A stretch of 64,000 nucleotides of DNA from Escherichia phage FL04. Below, in pieces: positions 1-8,269 of this stretch. Made by a program: the position numbers and the translations under genes. Under the pieces are notes generated by a model, which saw nothing but the letters and a program-made list of their open reading frames with translations, was not told the origin of the DNA and ran no database searches. The stretch lies in the sequence record PP358550. One strand, 5' to 3'. Numbering within the stretch: position 1 is the stretch's first letter; each line of letters opens with the position of its first letter.

Positions 1-216
1 GAACGCATTTTATCTAAACTCTATAAACGCTGTGACCGTGGAGTATCAGCAAAGAAATTAGAAACTTTCAAAGAATTGTCTTTCATCGAAGCTAAAAAGG
101 ATGGATTAATTTATCAGTTGACAGATGGTTATTGGTGCTATGATAATACTCGCTATGACGCCGCGACTGATGCATTAAAAACATGTAATGACCATCTTCG
201 CAAAACCAGTATTTGA
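1..216 (+). CDS. hypothetical protein, C-terminal fragment (gene starts upstream of window)
   Basis: Frame 1 open from window edge to TGA at 214-216, immediately followed by RBS and ATG of next gene. Confidence 0.4.
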   Translation, partial: ERILSKLYKRCDRGVSAKKLETFKELSFIEAKKDGLIYQLTDGYWCYDNTRYDAATDALKTCNDHLRKTSI

Positions 217-226
217 GGATTATATT

Positions 227-424
227 ATGAAGGTTAAAACATTGGCTGATATGGATGAGATCGAGACTCAAGTACACGCGGCGTTAGTCGGTTATGAGTT
301 CGGGCGATTCCTTAATAAGTTCCATGATTATAAATGCTTAAATTGTGGTGCTCATAACGTAATTGGTGCTTGCTGTATTAATCCTGTTATAGTACCATAT
401 AAAAGAAATGAAACAGAAGAGTGA
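227..424 (+). CDS. hypothetical small Cys-rich protein
   Basis: Track ORF 188..424 trimmed to ATG 227 preceded by GAGGATTATATT; CxxC-containing product. Confidence 0.55.
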   Translation: MKVKTLADMDEIETQVHAALVGYEFGRFLNKFHDYKCLNCGAHNVIGACCINPVIVPYKRNETEE

Positions 425-434
425 GGAATACAAG

Positions 435-869
435 ATGAAAAAGTTGATGGCTACATTTCATGATATGCGAGATCTACCAGGTTTAAAACATGTCGATTTT
501 CCTGTTACTATGGAAGTGTCGGAATATGACGGTTATCATGATATTCTGTTCATTAAAAATACTGAGTTTATCCGCTTAGGCGCTAAACCTGCTGTGCTAT
601 ACCCAGAAGGAAACCGGACAGCGGTCAGAAAAACAAATTCTGTTAAATTGTCATTTAGTTCAGATGTTGGCTTGGAACCCGCTTTCGGATATACTCCGGT
701 CGAGATCACAAAATCGAATACTTCTTTCGTGAAAGTTGGAGAGAAAACGCATATTTCAACTATGCCGAACGGTGCACAATATCTATGGTCCGATTTCTGC
801 CAGCGTTATGAGCGTTTATCATGGGCTACCCGCTTATGGTGTGTTGAGTATAAGGAGATCACAAAATGA
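435..869 (+). CDS. hypothetical protein
   Basis: Track ORF 408..869 trimmed to ATG 435 after GAGGAA RBS. Confidence 0.55.
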   Translation: MKKLMATFHDMRDLPGLKHVDFPVTMEVSEYDGYHDILFIKNTEFIRLGAKPAVLYPEGNRTAVRKTNSVKLSFSSDVGLEPAFGYTPVEITKSNTSFVKVGEKTHISTMPNGAQYLWSDFCQRYERLSWATRLWCVEYKEITK

Positions 870-1114
870 TCACCGGATATATTCCATATTCAACGACAAA
901 ACACATTATCGGATTTGAAAACATAGAAAAGTCTTGCTTTCCTCTCAAGGTTGAAGTAGACTTTATTACAGCGAACGGGTGGGCTTACGTTACCGTAGAA
1001 GAAATGAAGCGCATTGGTTGGGAAAATTGCATACACCTACCGCATCTTATCCTAGATGTTCGCGCTGGTGAAATTGATATTGATGGAAAGATCTATGGAG
1101 ATAATGTAAAATGA
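866..1114 (+). CDS. hypothetical protein
   Basis: ORF with AAGGAG RBS; stop/start overlap with neighbours typical of phage early operons. Confidence 0.5.
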   Translation: MITGYIPYSTTKHIIGFENIEKSCFPLKVEVDFITANGWAYVTVEEMKRIGWENCIHLPHLILDVRAGEIDIDGKIYGDNVK

Positions 1115-1314
1115 AAATTAAAATTGAAATTTTTGACGATGGTGGATATTCTTTCATGAAAGGTGTTAAACTTCCTATCATCGTGGAAGGCCGACCGTAT
1201 GGGCATGATTATGTTGTTGAAACGCAGGAATTACAAAAAGCTGGAGTACCGATTAAAGGTTATTCTCCTGAGTATAAATGGTGTTTTCTTAGCAAAGAAG
1301 CCTGGGAAGTGTAA
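1111..1314 (+). CDS. hypothetical protein, small tandem paralog family member
   Basis: 67 aa; shares MKIxIEIxD..GY(S/T)FM..VKLPIIVEGRP...WCF pattern with next ORF. Confidence 0.55.
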   Translation: MKIKIEIFDDGGYSFMKGVKLPIIVEGRPYGHDYVVETQELQKAGVPIKGYSPEYKWCFLSKEAWEV

Positions 1315-1332
1315 TCAATTGAGGATTATATT

Positions 1333-1590
1333 ATGAAGATTGAAATTATTGACCGTGCTGGGTATACTTTCATGGAAAAAGTTAAACTTCCTATCATTGT
1401 TGAAGGCCGCCCCTTATGTCAAGGATTTATGATAAAGACCAGAGAACTACGAAATGCGGGTGTTCCTGTTGAATCATGTTTCAGTGATGATTATGAATGG
1501 TGTTTCAGTGGTTTGCGTGCATATAAAGTAAAAGAAGCACGAAAAGCATCATGGTTTACTCGCTTTAATAACTGGTTGAGGAAACTGTGA
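1333..1590 (+). CDS. hypothetical protein, small tandem paralog family member
   Basis: 85 aa; GAGGATTATATT-ATG start; paralog of 1111..1314. Confidence 0.6.
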   Translation: MKIEIIDRAGYTFMEKVKLPIIVEGRPLCQGFMIKTRELRNAGVPVESCFSDDYEWCFSGLRAYKVKEARKASWFTRFNNWLRKL

Positions 1591-1928
1591 TGGATGAAAT
1601 GAAAATGTATATGATCCTAAGTGATTCAGGATACACCTTCTTACAGGGTATTGATAGTGACTCGCGTCCCATTGTATATGGAAAGGAACATCCGAACATT
1701 CCTGGGATCATTCTTGTTACGACAAGATCACTTCGTCGAGTGTCGGAAAGTCCATACCTACAAAACGTAAAGCAGGACCGAGAATGGGCTTTCGAGTTAG
1801 GTAAAGACCTTGTTGAGTGGGTAAACTGTGAAGACAAGAACCAACGAAATCATGAAAGGAAGATTGCACGAATTTCACAGAGAAGAAAACTTGATGAAAT
1901 CAAAAACCGGATTCTACAATCAATGTAA
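1590..1928 (+). CDS. hypothetical protein, divergent paralog
   Basis: ATG 1590 after GAGGA; SGYTFLQG motif resembles neighbours. Confidence 0.5.
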   Translation: MDEMKMYMILSDSGYTFLQGIDSDSRPIVYGKEHPNIPGIILVTTRSLRRVSESPYLQNVKQDREWAFELGKDLVEWVNCEDKNQRNHERKIARISQRRKLDEIKNRILQSM

Positions 1929-1947
1929 TAGGGTATTCATTGTCCTG

Positions 1948-2157
1948 ATGGAGTCAGAAAACTATCCCGAACTCTCTAAAACGCGTTTTCCGTGCGTTGT
2001 TGAAGCATATAAGGTAAATGCACCTGATAAACGGTTTATCGTGTCAGCGAGCGAAATAAAGCGGTTGGGGGCGATTCCGAAACATGATGAATATGTGTTT
2101 CGTAAGGTGTGCTCTGTACATCATTTTGATGTAGTGGTTAATTCACTAAAATCATAA
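1948..2157 (+). CDS. hypothetical protein (start uncertain)
   Basis: Track ORF 1828..2157 overlaps upstream gene; trimmed to ATG 1948; weak RBS. Confidence 0.35.
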   Translation: MESENYPELSKTRFPCVVEAYKVNAPDKRFIVSASEIKRLGAIPKHDEYVFRKVCSVHHFDVVVNSLKS

Positions 2158-2165
2158 AAAAGTTG

Positions 2166-2194
2166 TTGACAGGGGATCGGTGATCCCCTATACT
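2166..2194 (+). promoter_or_regulatory. sigma70-type promoter with GGGGATCGGTGATCCCC palindrome as 17-bp spacer
   Basis: TTGACA 2166-2171, spacer 17, TATACT 2189-2194; two GATC sites in spacer. Confidence 0.6.
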
Positions 2195-2236
2195 ACACAC
2201 ATCAAAACGAAACACACTTTCTTAAGGAGAATCAAA

Positions 2237-2515
2237 ATGAGCAACCTGTCTTTCGCTAAAGTAGAAATTTCTAAAACTCGCGGTGGCTTTAAAATCAAAA
2301 CTTCCAATATCACTTCCTGCCGTGGTTGCGTCCGGTTTGCGTTCGACTTGGCAGCGAAGCTGGGTATTAAAACCTTTACCGTTGAGAGCGGATCTAACTG
2401 GACCACTCTGATTGTTACTGCCGCTTGGATTAATGGCGAGTATGTGGAAAAAGCATACTTTGACATTTTCTATGACTATGAAGAAAAATGCTTTTATGCA
2501 CTGCAAGACATGTAA
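2237..2515 (+). CDS. hypothetical protein
   Basis: ATG 2237 after AAGGAGAATCAAA RBS, downstream of promoter; track ORF 2180 start runs through promoter. Confidence 0.55.
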   Translation: MSNLSFAKVEISKTRGGFKIKTSNITSCRGCVRFAFDLAAKLGIKTFTVESGSNWTTLIVTAAWINGEYVEKAYFDIFYDYEEKCFYALQDM

Positions 2516-2525
2516 GGAGGATAAT

Positions 2526-2834
2526 GTGACAACACAAGATATTGTTAATGTGCTTTATATCTGGACTACTGGTGCAATGATCTCGTATCTAGTATTCTGC
2601 TTGTACGCCAGATTCGACAAGGACACCAAAGAGGTCGATACAGGAGCATTTTGTATTGCTGCAATCGTATGGCCTATAACGTGGACCGTGGTTGATATTG
2701 TTATGTGTTATAAGGGAATGAAATGTTTTGGTTTGATGATTGCTGGTAAACCGGAAGCGAAGCCGCGCACGCATAAAGGATTCAGTCCAAAACCAGTCGA
2801 TGACGGTCGATATAAACCGGAAGAAGATTTTTAA
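2526..2834 (+). CDS. hypothetical small membrane protein
   Basis: GTG start after AAGGAGG RBS; two hydrophobic helices in translation. Confidence 0.45.
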   Translation: MTTQDIVNVLYIWTTGAMISYLVFCLYARFDKDTKEVDTGAFCIAAIVWPITWTVVDIVMCYKGMKCFGLMIAGKPEAKPRTHKGFSPKPVDDGRYKPEEDF

Positions 2835-2840
2835 AAACTG

Positions 2841-2869
2841 TTGACATGAAAATGCGGTTATCATATAAT
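2841..2869 (+). promoter_or_regulatory. sigma70-type promoter
   Basis: TTGACA 2841-2846, 17-bp spacer, TATAAT 2864-2869; GCGGT/ACCGC dyad flanks the -10. Confidence 0.55.
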
Positions 2870-2903
2870 GACCGCATCAAATGAACGATGTGAGGATTAT
2901 ATT

Positions 2904-3212
2904 ATGTTTATCTCTTCTGCTACTCCAGTTAAAGTTTACGGCGAAACTGTGTATCTTCCGGCTGGCTATCGCTATGTTATCGTTGACCGTCACGGTGTAG
3001 TGTATGCTTTTAAAGGCCGTCCGGTTGAGATTGATTCTGAATACGGTACATGGGGATATAAAGCCGCATACATGGATATTCCTGATTTGGGAGTACGCTT
3101 AGGAAGATTTGATAACAATGTTAAACCATGCTTGATTAAGTATGCATCCTATGGTAAAACTGTTAAACCAAATAGCGTCGGCTGGATTGATGACGGCGTT
3201 AATGTGAAATAA
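2904..3212 (+). CDS. hypothetical protein
   Basis: GAGGATTATATT-ATG start at 2904. Confidence 0.55.
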   Translation: MFISSATPVKVYGETVYLPAGYRYVIVDRHGVVYAFKGRPVEIDSEYGTWGYKAAYMDIPDLGVRLGRFDNNVKPCLIKYASYGKTVKPNSVGWIDDGVNVK

Positions 3213-3226
3213 TGTGAGGTGAATTT

Positions 3227-3520
3227 ATGCTGTCTACTCGTAAAATGGTTGTTGGTGTCGCTGAAAATGCTTTAGAAATCTCTGACGAGGCTTTGACCGT
3301 AGCTTATGTTCAACGTGAAGAATTACTATTGAAACACGCGGATCTATTGGTTGAACGGAAAGAGACTATGAAAGCTGGTAAAAGCACGCTCGCGATTGCC
3401 ATTAAACTATCTGATAGTGAAGATGAGATCGTGGAGATCCACACTAAGATCAAGGAAGTAGAAAAATACTCTGAAATGCTGCGACATAATCTTGATGAAT
3501 TAGGGGTAAATCATGGCTAA
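3227..3520 (+). CDS. hypothetical protein
   Basis: ORF with GAGGTGA RBS. Confidence 0.55.
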   Translation: MLSTRKMVVGVAENALEISDEALTVAYVQREELLLKHADLLVERKETMKAGKSTLAIAIKLSDSEDEIVEIHTKIKEVEKYSEMLRHNLDELGVNHG

Positions 3521-3734
3521 GTTACGATCTGGACGAGTTTTAACGCTGGCTGAACTGAAAGAAAAAGGTTTAGACCCTGATTCTGTCGGTATTAGACCTA
3601 TTAATTACATTCTGTTTCTAGAGGGTAAACTCTTTACTAATGCTCATCCAGCATTAAATGCACCACATTTTTATAAGTGTAATGACTTTAACGGTTATAT
3701 CGTTCCAGAATATTTCTTAGAATTTGATGATTAG
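3513..3734 (+). CDS. hypothetical protein
   Basis: ORF with AGGGG RBS, overlapping upstream stop. Confidence 0.5.
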   Translation: MAKLRSGRVLTLAELKEKGLDPDSVGIRPINYILFLEGKLFTNAHPALNAPHFYKCNDFNGYIVPEYFLEFDD

Positions 3735-4020
3735 TATAAAACACTCACCGACCGGAAAGGGGTCGGTGATCTTCAATGACGATAAACCGTTAATCTTAAT
3801 TCGTAATGGTGACTGGACATTGCATGATACCCGTGTTACTATCCATTCACCGCCTAAAGAGATTCAACGGGAATTGGTTAGGATCACCCTAACTGATAGG
3901 CATAAAGAGGCGGTAGGCTATTCTCTTTTGAAATTAGGTGTTGACTTTCCTTTCGAGTATACGCTAACATTCAGAGAGCAGTCAGTGAAGCTAACAGAGA
4001 TTCTATTCTCTGAGATATGA
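3727..4020 (+). CDS. hypothetical protein
   Basis: ATG 3727 (track start 3724 is TTG). Confidence 0.5.
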   Translation: MISIKHSPTGKGSVIFNDDKPLILIRNGDWTLHDTRVTIHSPPKEIQRELVRITLTDRHKEAVGYSLLKLGVDFPFEYTLTFREQSVKLTEILFSEI

Positions 4021-4030
4021 GGATTATATA

Positions 4031-4462
4031 ATGGTTTATCCAACTCCTAGTAAGATTTACATTGACGATACTCATTTTCTTGTTGAAATTATGGGTATAA
4101 AGTTTAGTGGTAATGTTAAAATTGTAGAATGGGAATTGCACGGTCAACCTGTAACCGATTATGACCATTACATTCCTTTTTTGGGTGATGACAATTTTGT
4201 CTCGTTTGACCATGAAGGTTACATGATCTTTGAACAGTCTGACGTACCGACCTATCTAGCAATGATGCAAATTCCTACGAAGGTTTCTGTTGCTGAGGGT
4301 GATTGCGATTGTTGCGGTTGGTATACTGTAACAGATATTAAGCTGCCATCCGGTAAAGAACTCTATAACGAAGACCATTTTGGAAACTGCAATTTTCCGT
4401 GTGATTGGGATGAATTTTTCGAACTGGTAGAGATTGAGCGAACTTATTTGAGGAAGGGATAA
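4031..4462 (+). CDS. hypothetical protein
   Basis: GAGGATTATATA-ATG start; Cys cluster CDCCGW. Confidence 0.55.
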   Translation: MVYPTPSKIYIDDTHFLVEIMGIKFSGNVKIVEWELHGQPVTDYDHYIPFLGDDNFVSFDHEGYMIFEQSDVPTYLAMMQIPTKVSVAEGDCDCCGWYTVTDIKLPSGKELYNEDHFGNCNFPCDWDEFFELVEIERTYLRKG

Positions 4463-5274
4463 TGAAGAAAGCATTAGGTTTAATTCCCTATACTGGCAAT
4501 AAGGAAAAGTTATTGCCAAGTGTTAGTAAGTATTTCCCTAAGCACTATAACCGCTTTGTTGATGCCTTTTGTGGCGGCTTGAGCGTGTCTCTGTACGTCG
4601 AAGGGGATGTGCTGGCTAATGACTATGATCACCGCTTAATTGAAGCGTACAAAGCTATTGACGAGTGTCCTGATCCGGTTTTTATGATCAAGCGGATTAT
4701 TGCCGAAAATGGTTTGTCTCGCGAAGATAAAGACGCTTACATGACATTCCGTAAGAAGTATAACGAGAATCCAGATCCGCTATCTCTGTTTGTTCTGATT
4801 CAGCACAGTTTTAGCAACATTAACCGACATAACCGGAAGGGCGAATTTAATGCTAATTTTGGTCGCCGGACTTTTAACGAAAACGCGGTAGAGCGTGTCC
4901 TGAATTTTAAAGAAGAAAACAAAGACGGTCGAATCAGTTTTACGTCTGGTCGTTATGACGAGATCGAGATCTTGCCAGGTGATTTCGTTTATTTGGACCC
5001 GCCGTACCTTATCACTTCTGCGGAATATAATAAGTTCTGGAGTGACGAGGAAGAGATTAAATTCTATCAGTGGGTAGAATCTATTATGGCGCGTGGTTTT
5101 CAGTTTGGTATAAGTAATGTCACGCATCATAAGGGAAAGGCAAATGATCATCTTCTTGACTTTATCAAGCGGAATGATTTAAACTGCGTCTTGTTGAATA
5201 AGACCTATTGCCTAGATCGTTCAGGTGGCAAGTCTTCTGATACGCAAGAAGTTTATGTAACTAACGTAGATTGA
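4462..5274 (+). CDS. dam: DNA adenine (GATC) methyltransferase Dam
   Basis: Translation closely matches T4 Dam (as recalled) end to end, including DPPY catalytic motif and FCGG SAM-binding motif. Confidence 0.9.
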   Translation: MKKALGLIPYTGNKEKLLPSVSKYFPKHYNRFVDAFCGGLSVSLYVEGDVLANDYDHRLIEAYKAIDECPDPVFMIKRIIAENGLSREDKDAYMTFRKKYNENPDPLSLFVLIQHSFSNINRHNRKGEFNANFGRRTFNENAVERVLNFKEENKDGRISFTSGRYDEIEILPGDFVYLDPPYLITSAEYNKFWSDEEEIKFYQWVESIMARGFQFGISNVTHHKGKANDHLLDFIKRNDLNCVLLNKTYCLDRSGGKSSDTQEVYVTNVD

Positions 5275-5282
5275 GGTATAAC

Positions 5283-5564
5283 ATGGTAGAAATTTTTGGT
5301 TTTGAAGGTTACAACTGTAAGTATTGCCAGAATGCAAAGCGCCTTTGTGAATCGCGTAAGATCCCTTACATCTACATTCCGGTTAATGATGGTGTTGACG
5401 AAAACGGTCGCCCTGTAAAGATTGATTCTGTCATTGCCGATATTCAGGATCGAGCAGGGGTAGAAGTTATTGCCACCATGCCGCAGATTTTCTATAATGG
5501 TGATTATATTGGTGGCTTTGATGAGTTCCGATCCTTTGTAGTCAAAAACAAGATTAATGGTTAA
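5283..5564 (+). CDS. nrdC: NrdC-like glutaredoxin/thioredoxin
   Basis: CKYCQNAKRL redox motif and TMPQIF..GGFD match T4 NrdC; sits upstream of gene 49 as in T4. Confidence 0.8.
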   Translation: MVEIFGFEGYNCKYCQNAKRLCESRKIPYIYIPVNDGVDENGRPVKIDSVIADIQDRAGVEVIATMPQIFYNGDYIGGFDEFRSFVVKNKING

Positions 5565-5588
5565 ATACCTTCTTTGGAGGGTGAATTT

Positions 5589-6062
5589 ATGTTACTGACT
5601 GCTAAGAGTGCTAAAGAGTACAAACAAGAACTATTCGAAAAACAGGGGGGCATTTGCCCCCTTTGTCAATTGCCACTTTTTGAGGATATGAGCAAAAACC
5701 ATCTTGACCATGATCATGATCTAGATGGGAAAGGGCAAGGCCGAGTAAGGGGATTGCTTCATTCGTGTTGCAACCGCCTAGAAGGATCGTTGACCGGAGA
5801 CTTTAAACGGTTTGGTGTTGGTGCTTTAGGTGCTGATTTCGTTGTTTGGGCTACAAACTATGTTAATTACATCAAAGGAGACTACACCAACAATCATTTA
5901 CATCCTCAATATGCTGTTGATAAAGTAAAACGATTTTCACGCTTGACACGCGCGGAGATGGTTGCTATTATGGACGCAGAGGGTTTCGATTACTGCGACG
6001 CTGATACACGAGAAGAAATCACGAAGAAGTATAAGAAACAATTCATACAAAGATTAAGATAG
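5589..6062 (+). CDS. 49: endonuclease VII (Holliday junction resolvase)
   Basis: HLDHDHD..G.VRGLLH.CCN motif and overall similarity to T4 gp49. Confidence 0.9.
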   Translation: MLLTAKSAKEYKQELFEKQGGICPLCQLPLFEDMSKNHLDHDHDLDGKGQGRVRGLLHSCCNRLEGSLTGDFKRFGVGALGADFVVWATNYVNYIKGDYTNNHLHPQYAVDKVKRFSRLTRAEMVAIMDAEGFDYCDADTREEITKKYKKQFIQRLR

Positions 6063-6065
6063 TAG

Positions 6066-6094
6066 TTGACAATAAGAAATGGGAGTAGTAAAAT
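6066..6094 (+). promoter_or_regulatory. sigma70-type promoter with GGGAGTA/TACTCCC dyad around -10
   Basis: TTGACA 6066-6071, spacer 17, TAAAAT 6089-6094; palindrome 6081-6100. Confidence 0.6.
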
Positions 6095-6125
6095 ACTCCC
6101 ATCTAATCAAGAAGGAGAATCAACA

Positions 6126-6398
6126 ATGCGTAAGATGTTTAAATCCGGTGTGGCCTATGTTTTTAAATCTGAGCAAGCACATAAAGACTTCTTAGATGAT
6201 GAATACGAAGGGGTGAAAGATACCTACGAAGTCATCAAGAATGGGTTTACTGTTCTTAAAGTGTCACCTGTTGGTTATGTAAGTGAAATAGCGGTTGATG
6301 GGAAAACATACACCGCTAAAGACTTTGACCCGCGTTGGGAATTTATGCTGCTTCCGTGTGAGCGCATTCTGTTCCGTGCTGTTCAATTAGTGAAATGA
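6126..6398 (+). CDS. hypothetical protein, multi-copy ~90-aa domain family (single domain)
   Basis: ATG 6126 after AAGGAGAATCAACA; shares G.YxF.......F...V..GF.VL.V...G.V..I..DG..YT pattern with at least 8 other genes. Confidence 0.6.
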   Translation: MRKMFKSGVAYVFKSEQAHKDFLDDEYEGVKDTYEVIKNGFTVLKVSPVGYVSEIAVDGKTYTAKDFDPRWEFMLLPCERILFRAVQLVK

Positions 6399-6412
6399 TA
6401 GAGGATTATATT

Positions 6413-6973
6413 ATGGTACAGAAAACGTATAAATTGTATCCGGCTAAGTCTTCAAATGATGCTGTTTTTGAACGAGGTCGTTATTACACTTTCCGTAGTG
6501 CAGAAACAGCCGCAGAATTTATCAAACGATGTCCGCAACATAATAAGTTCTTGTATGACGTGCTTTGTAACGGCTTTAAAGTTCTCACTGTTGATGCGAT
6601 GGGGCGTGTGTATCTGGTAGAAACTCATGGGTATGAAGGTGCATCTGTTCTGATTGCTGCAAACGAGCGCAAATACTTTAAACGCATCACTAAAAAGCAG
6701 TTTGAAGAAATGAAACCAGTTAAGAAAGAAGAATCTCTGGAAGATCTGATTAACTTGTTTGGTAAAGTTCGCTCTATCTCCTTTGCGATTGAAGATGACA
6801 TTACCGACAATAAAATCTTTATCAAGAACGCGGAAGACCTGAAAGAGTTCCTTATTGAAAATAGATCTCGACTGGAAACCTTTCTTGAAAGTGAAATTAT
6901 TCGACATGATACCTACGCTAAATTCAGCGCCGAGAAAGTGGAAGAACTGAAAGAGATTAAAAAGTCACTTTAA
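6413..6973 (+). CDS. hypothetical protein, multi-copy domain family (domain plus helical C-terminal tail)
   Basis: GAGGATTATATT-ATG start; contains NERKYFKRI motif. Confidence 0.6.
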   Translation: MVQKTYKLYPAKSSNDAVFERGRYYTFRSAETAAEFIKRCPQHNKFLYDVLCNGFKVLTVDAMGRVYLVETHGYEGASVLIAANERKYFKRITKKQFEEMKPVKKEESLEDLINLFGKVRSISFAIEDDITDNKIFIKNAEDLKEFLIENRSRLETFLESEIIRHDTYAKFSAEKVEELKEIKKSL

Positions 6974-6976
6974 CGC

Positions 6977-7005
6977 TTGACATGATGAAACGGGAGTAGT
7001 AAGAT
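6977..7005 (+). promoter_or_regulatory. sigma70-type promoter with GGGAGTA/TACTCCC dyad
   Basis: TTGACA 6977-6982, spacer 17, TAAGAT 7000-7005; palindrome 6992-7011. Confidence 0.6.
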
Positions 7006-7036
7006 ACTCCCATCTAAACAACGAGAGGATTATATT

Positions 7037-8215
7037 ATGGCTAAATTCTTTGAAGGTCATTACTATGCATTCCGTGAAGGCGGAAAAGATGAGTTTCTAG
7101 ACTTTTCTCGCTATTCAATTATTCTGACCGATGCTTCGCGCCGTGGTCATATTCGGGTTGCTGAAATCGTAGAAAAGGGCTTTAAAGTATTAGAAAAAGA
7201 TGACCACGGTCATGTTATTACTATTGAAGCTGGAGATGTAGTTTATTCCGCTAATGATATTGTTGATTATTGGGCTACTATGATTATGCACAATGAGCGT
7301 AAATACTTTAAACGCATCTCAAAAGAGGCATACGAAGCGATGAACAAGAAAGAGGATGCAATGCCGACTTACTTTGAAAAAGGTAAATGTTATTCGTTTA
7401 CCCCAGAAGGTTTGCAAGAATTTAAGCGATTCTGGGGAGAGCATGATCCAGATCACAAAGAAGCTATGAAACTTGTTGATTTTGTCGAATATGGCTTTTT
7501 AGTTGAAGAAGAATTGCACGGATCAGCTACCATGATCACCGCGAAAGGTGAAACTGTTAAGGCAGATCGTTTTTGTGATCAATGGAATTGCTTGTTTGAC
7601 GGTAGCGAATTTGAATACTTCGCGGAAATCACGAAACAACAATTTCATTCTATGCAAGCGGATGGTCAGAGATTTAAAGTAGGTGAACGCTACAAGCCAA
7701 ATCAGCATAATTTGCCATATTGGTTTACCGCTGAAACTGTATCAAGTCATGTTGTTGAAATTGTTCAAAAGCTGGGACAAGGATTTAAGGTGACTAAAGT
7801 AGATGATTATGGAAGTGTTGACGCGGTTGAAATTGATGGTGTAGAATATACACCGAAATCATTCGGGCTTTGCTGGTATCACCTGATCAGCAATGATGAA
7901 CGTTATAACTTTGTTGAACTGCCATCTGAACCGGAAGAAGCACTAGAAGATCATGATCATCTGTCTGAACTGGTTAAGCTGTTTGGTGATCTGCCGGATG
8001 GTGTAGGCGTGGCGGTAATGGGTGAAGGTGCTGTTATTCGAAACCTGAAAGACTTTAAAAAGTTCTTGATTGACATGCTGCCTAAACTTGATGATAATCT
8101 CGATACAGATATTCAGAATCGCAAAGAAATTGTTAAAGAGACTGAAAAAGAGATTGAAGAGATTCGAGCAATTCGCCAGAAGGTGAAAGCAGTAAAGAAA
8201 AAAGTTAGTGCTTGA
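7037..8215 (+). CDS. hypothetical protein, multi-copy domain family (three tandem domains plus C-terminal tail)
   Basis: 392 aa; internal repeats with HNERKYFKRI / EYFAEITKQQF / ERYNFVEL motifs. Confidence 0.65.
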   Translation: MAKFFEGHYYAFREGGKDEFLDFSRYSIILTDASRRGHIRVAEIVEKGFKVLEKDDHGHVITIEAGDVVYSANDIVDYWATMIMHNERKYFKRISKEAYEAMNKKEDAMPTYFEKGKCYSFTPEGLQEFKRFWGEHDPDHKEAMKLVDFVEYGFLVEEELHGSATMITAKGETVKADRFCDQWNCLFDGSEFEYFAEITKQQFHSMQADGQRFKVGERYKPNQHNLPYWFTAETVSSHVVEIVQKLGQGFKVTKVDDYGSVDAVEIDGVEYTPKSFGLCWYHLISNDERYNFVELPSEPEEALEDHDHLSELVKLFGDLPDGVGVAVMGEGAVIRNLKDFKKFLIDMLPKLDDNLDTDIQNRKEIVKETEKEIEEIRAIRQKVKAVKKKVSA

Positions 8216-8239
8216 CATGCGAAGGGAGTATGCTATAAT
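8212..8239 (+). promoter_or_regulatory. sigma70-type promoter with GGGAGTA/TACTCCC dyad
   Basis: TTGACA 8212-8217, spacer 16, TATAAT 8234-8239; palindrome 8224-8245. Confidence 0.6.
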
Positions 8240-8269
8240 ACTCCCACTTAACAACGAGAGGATTATATT

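Noticed and set aside
2180-2236. N-terminal extensions of track ORFs (for example 2180, 6066, 6395, 26121, 51176) reaching back into promoters
   Set aside because: The extended starts lack an RBS, often use TTG/GTG and run through -35/-10 elements; starts were moved to the first ATG/GTG with a Shine-Dalgarno.
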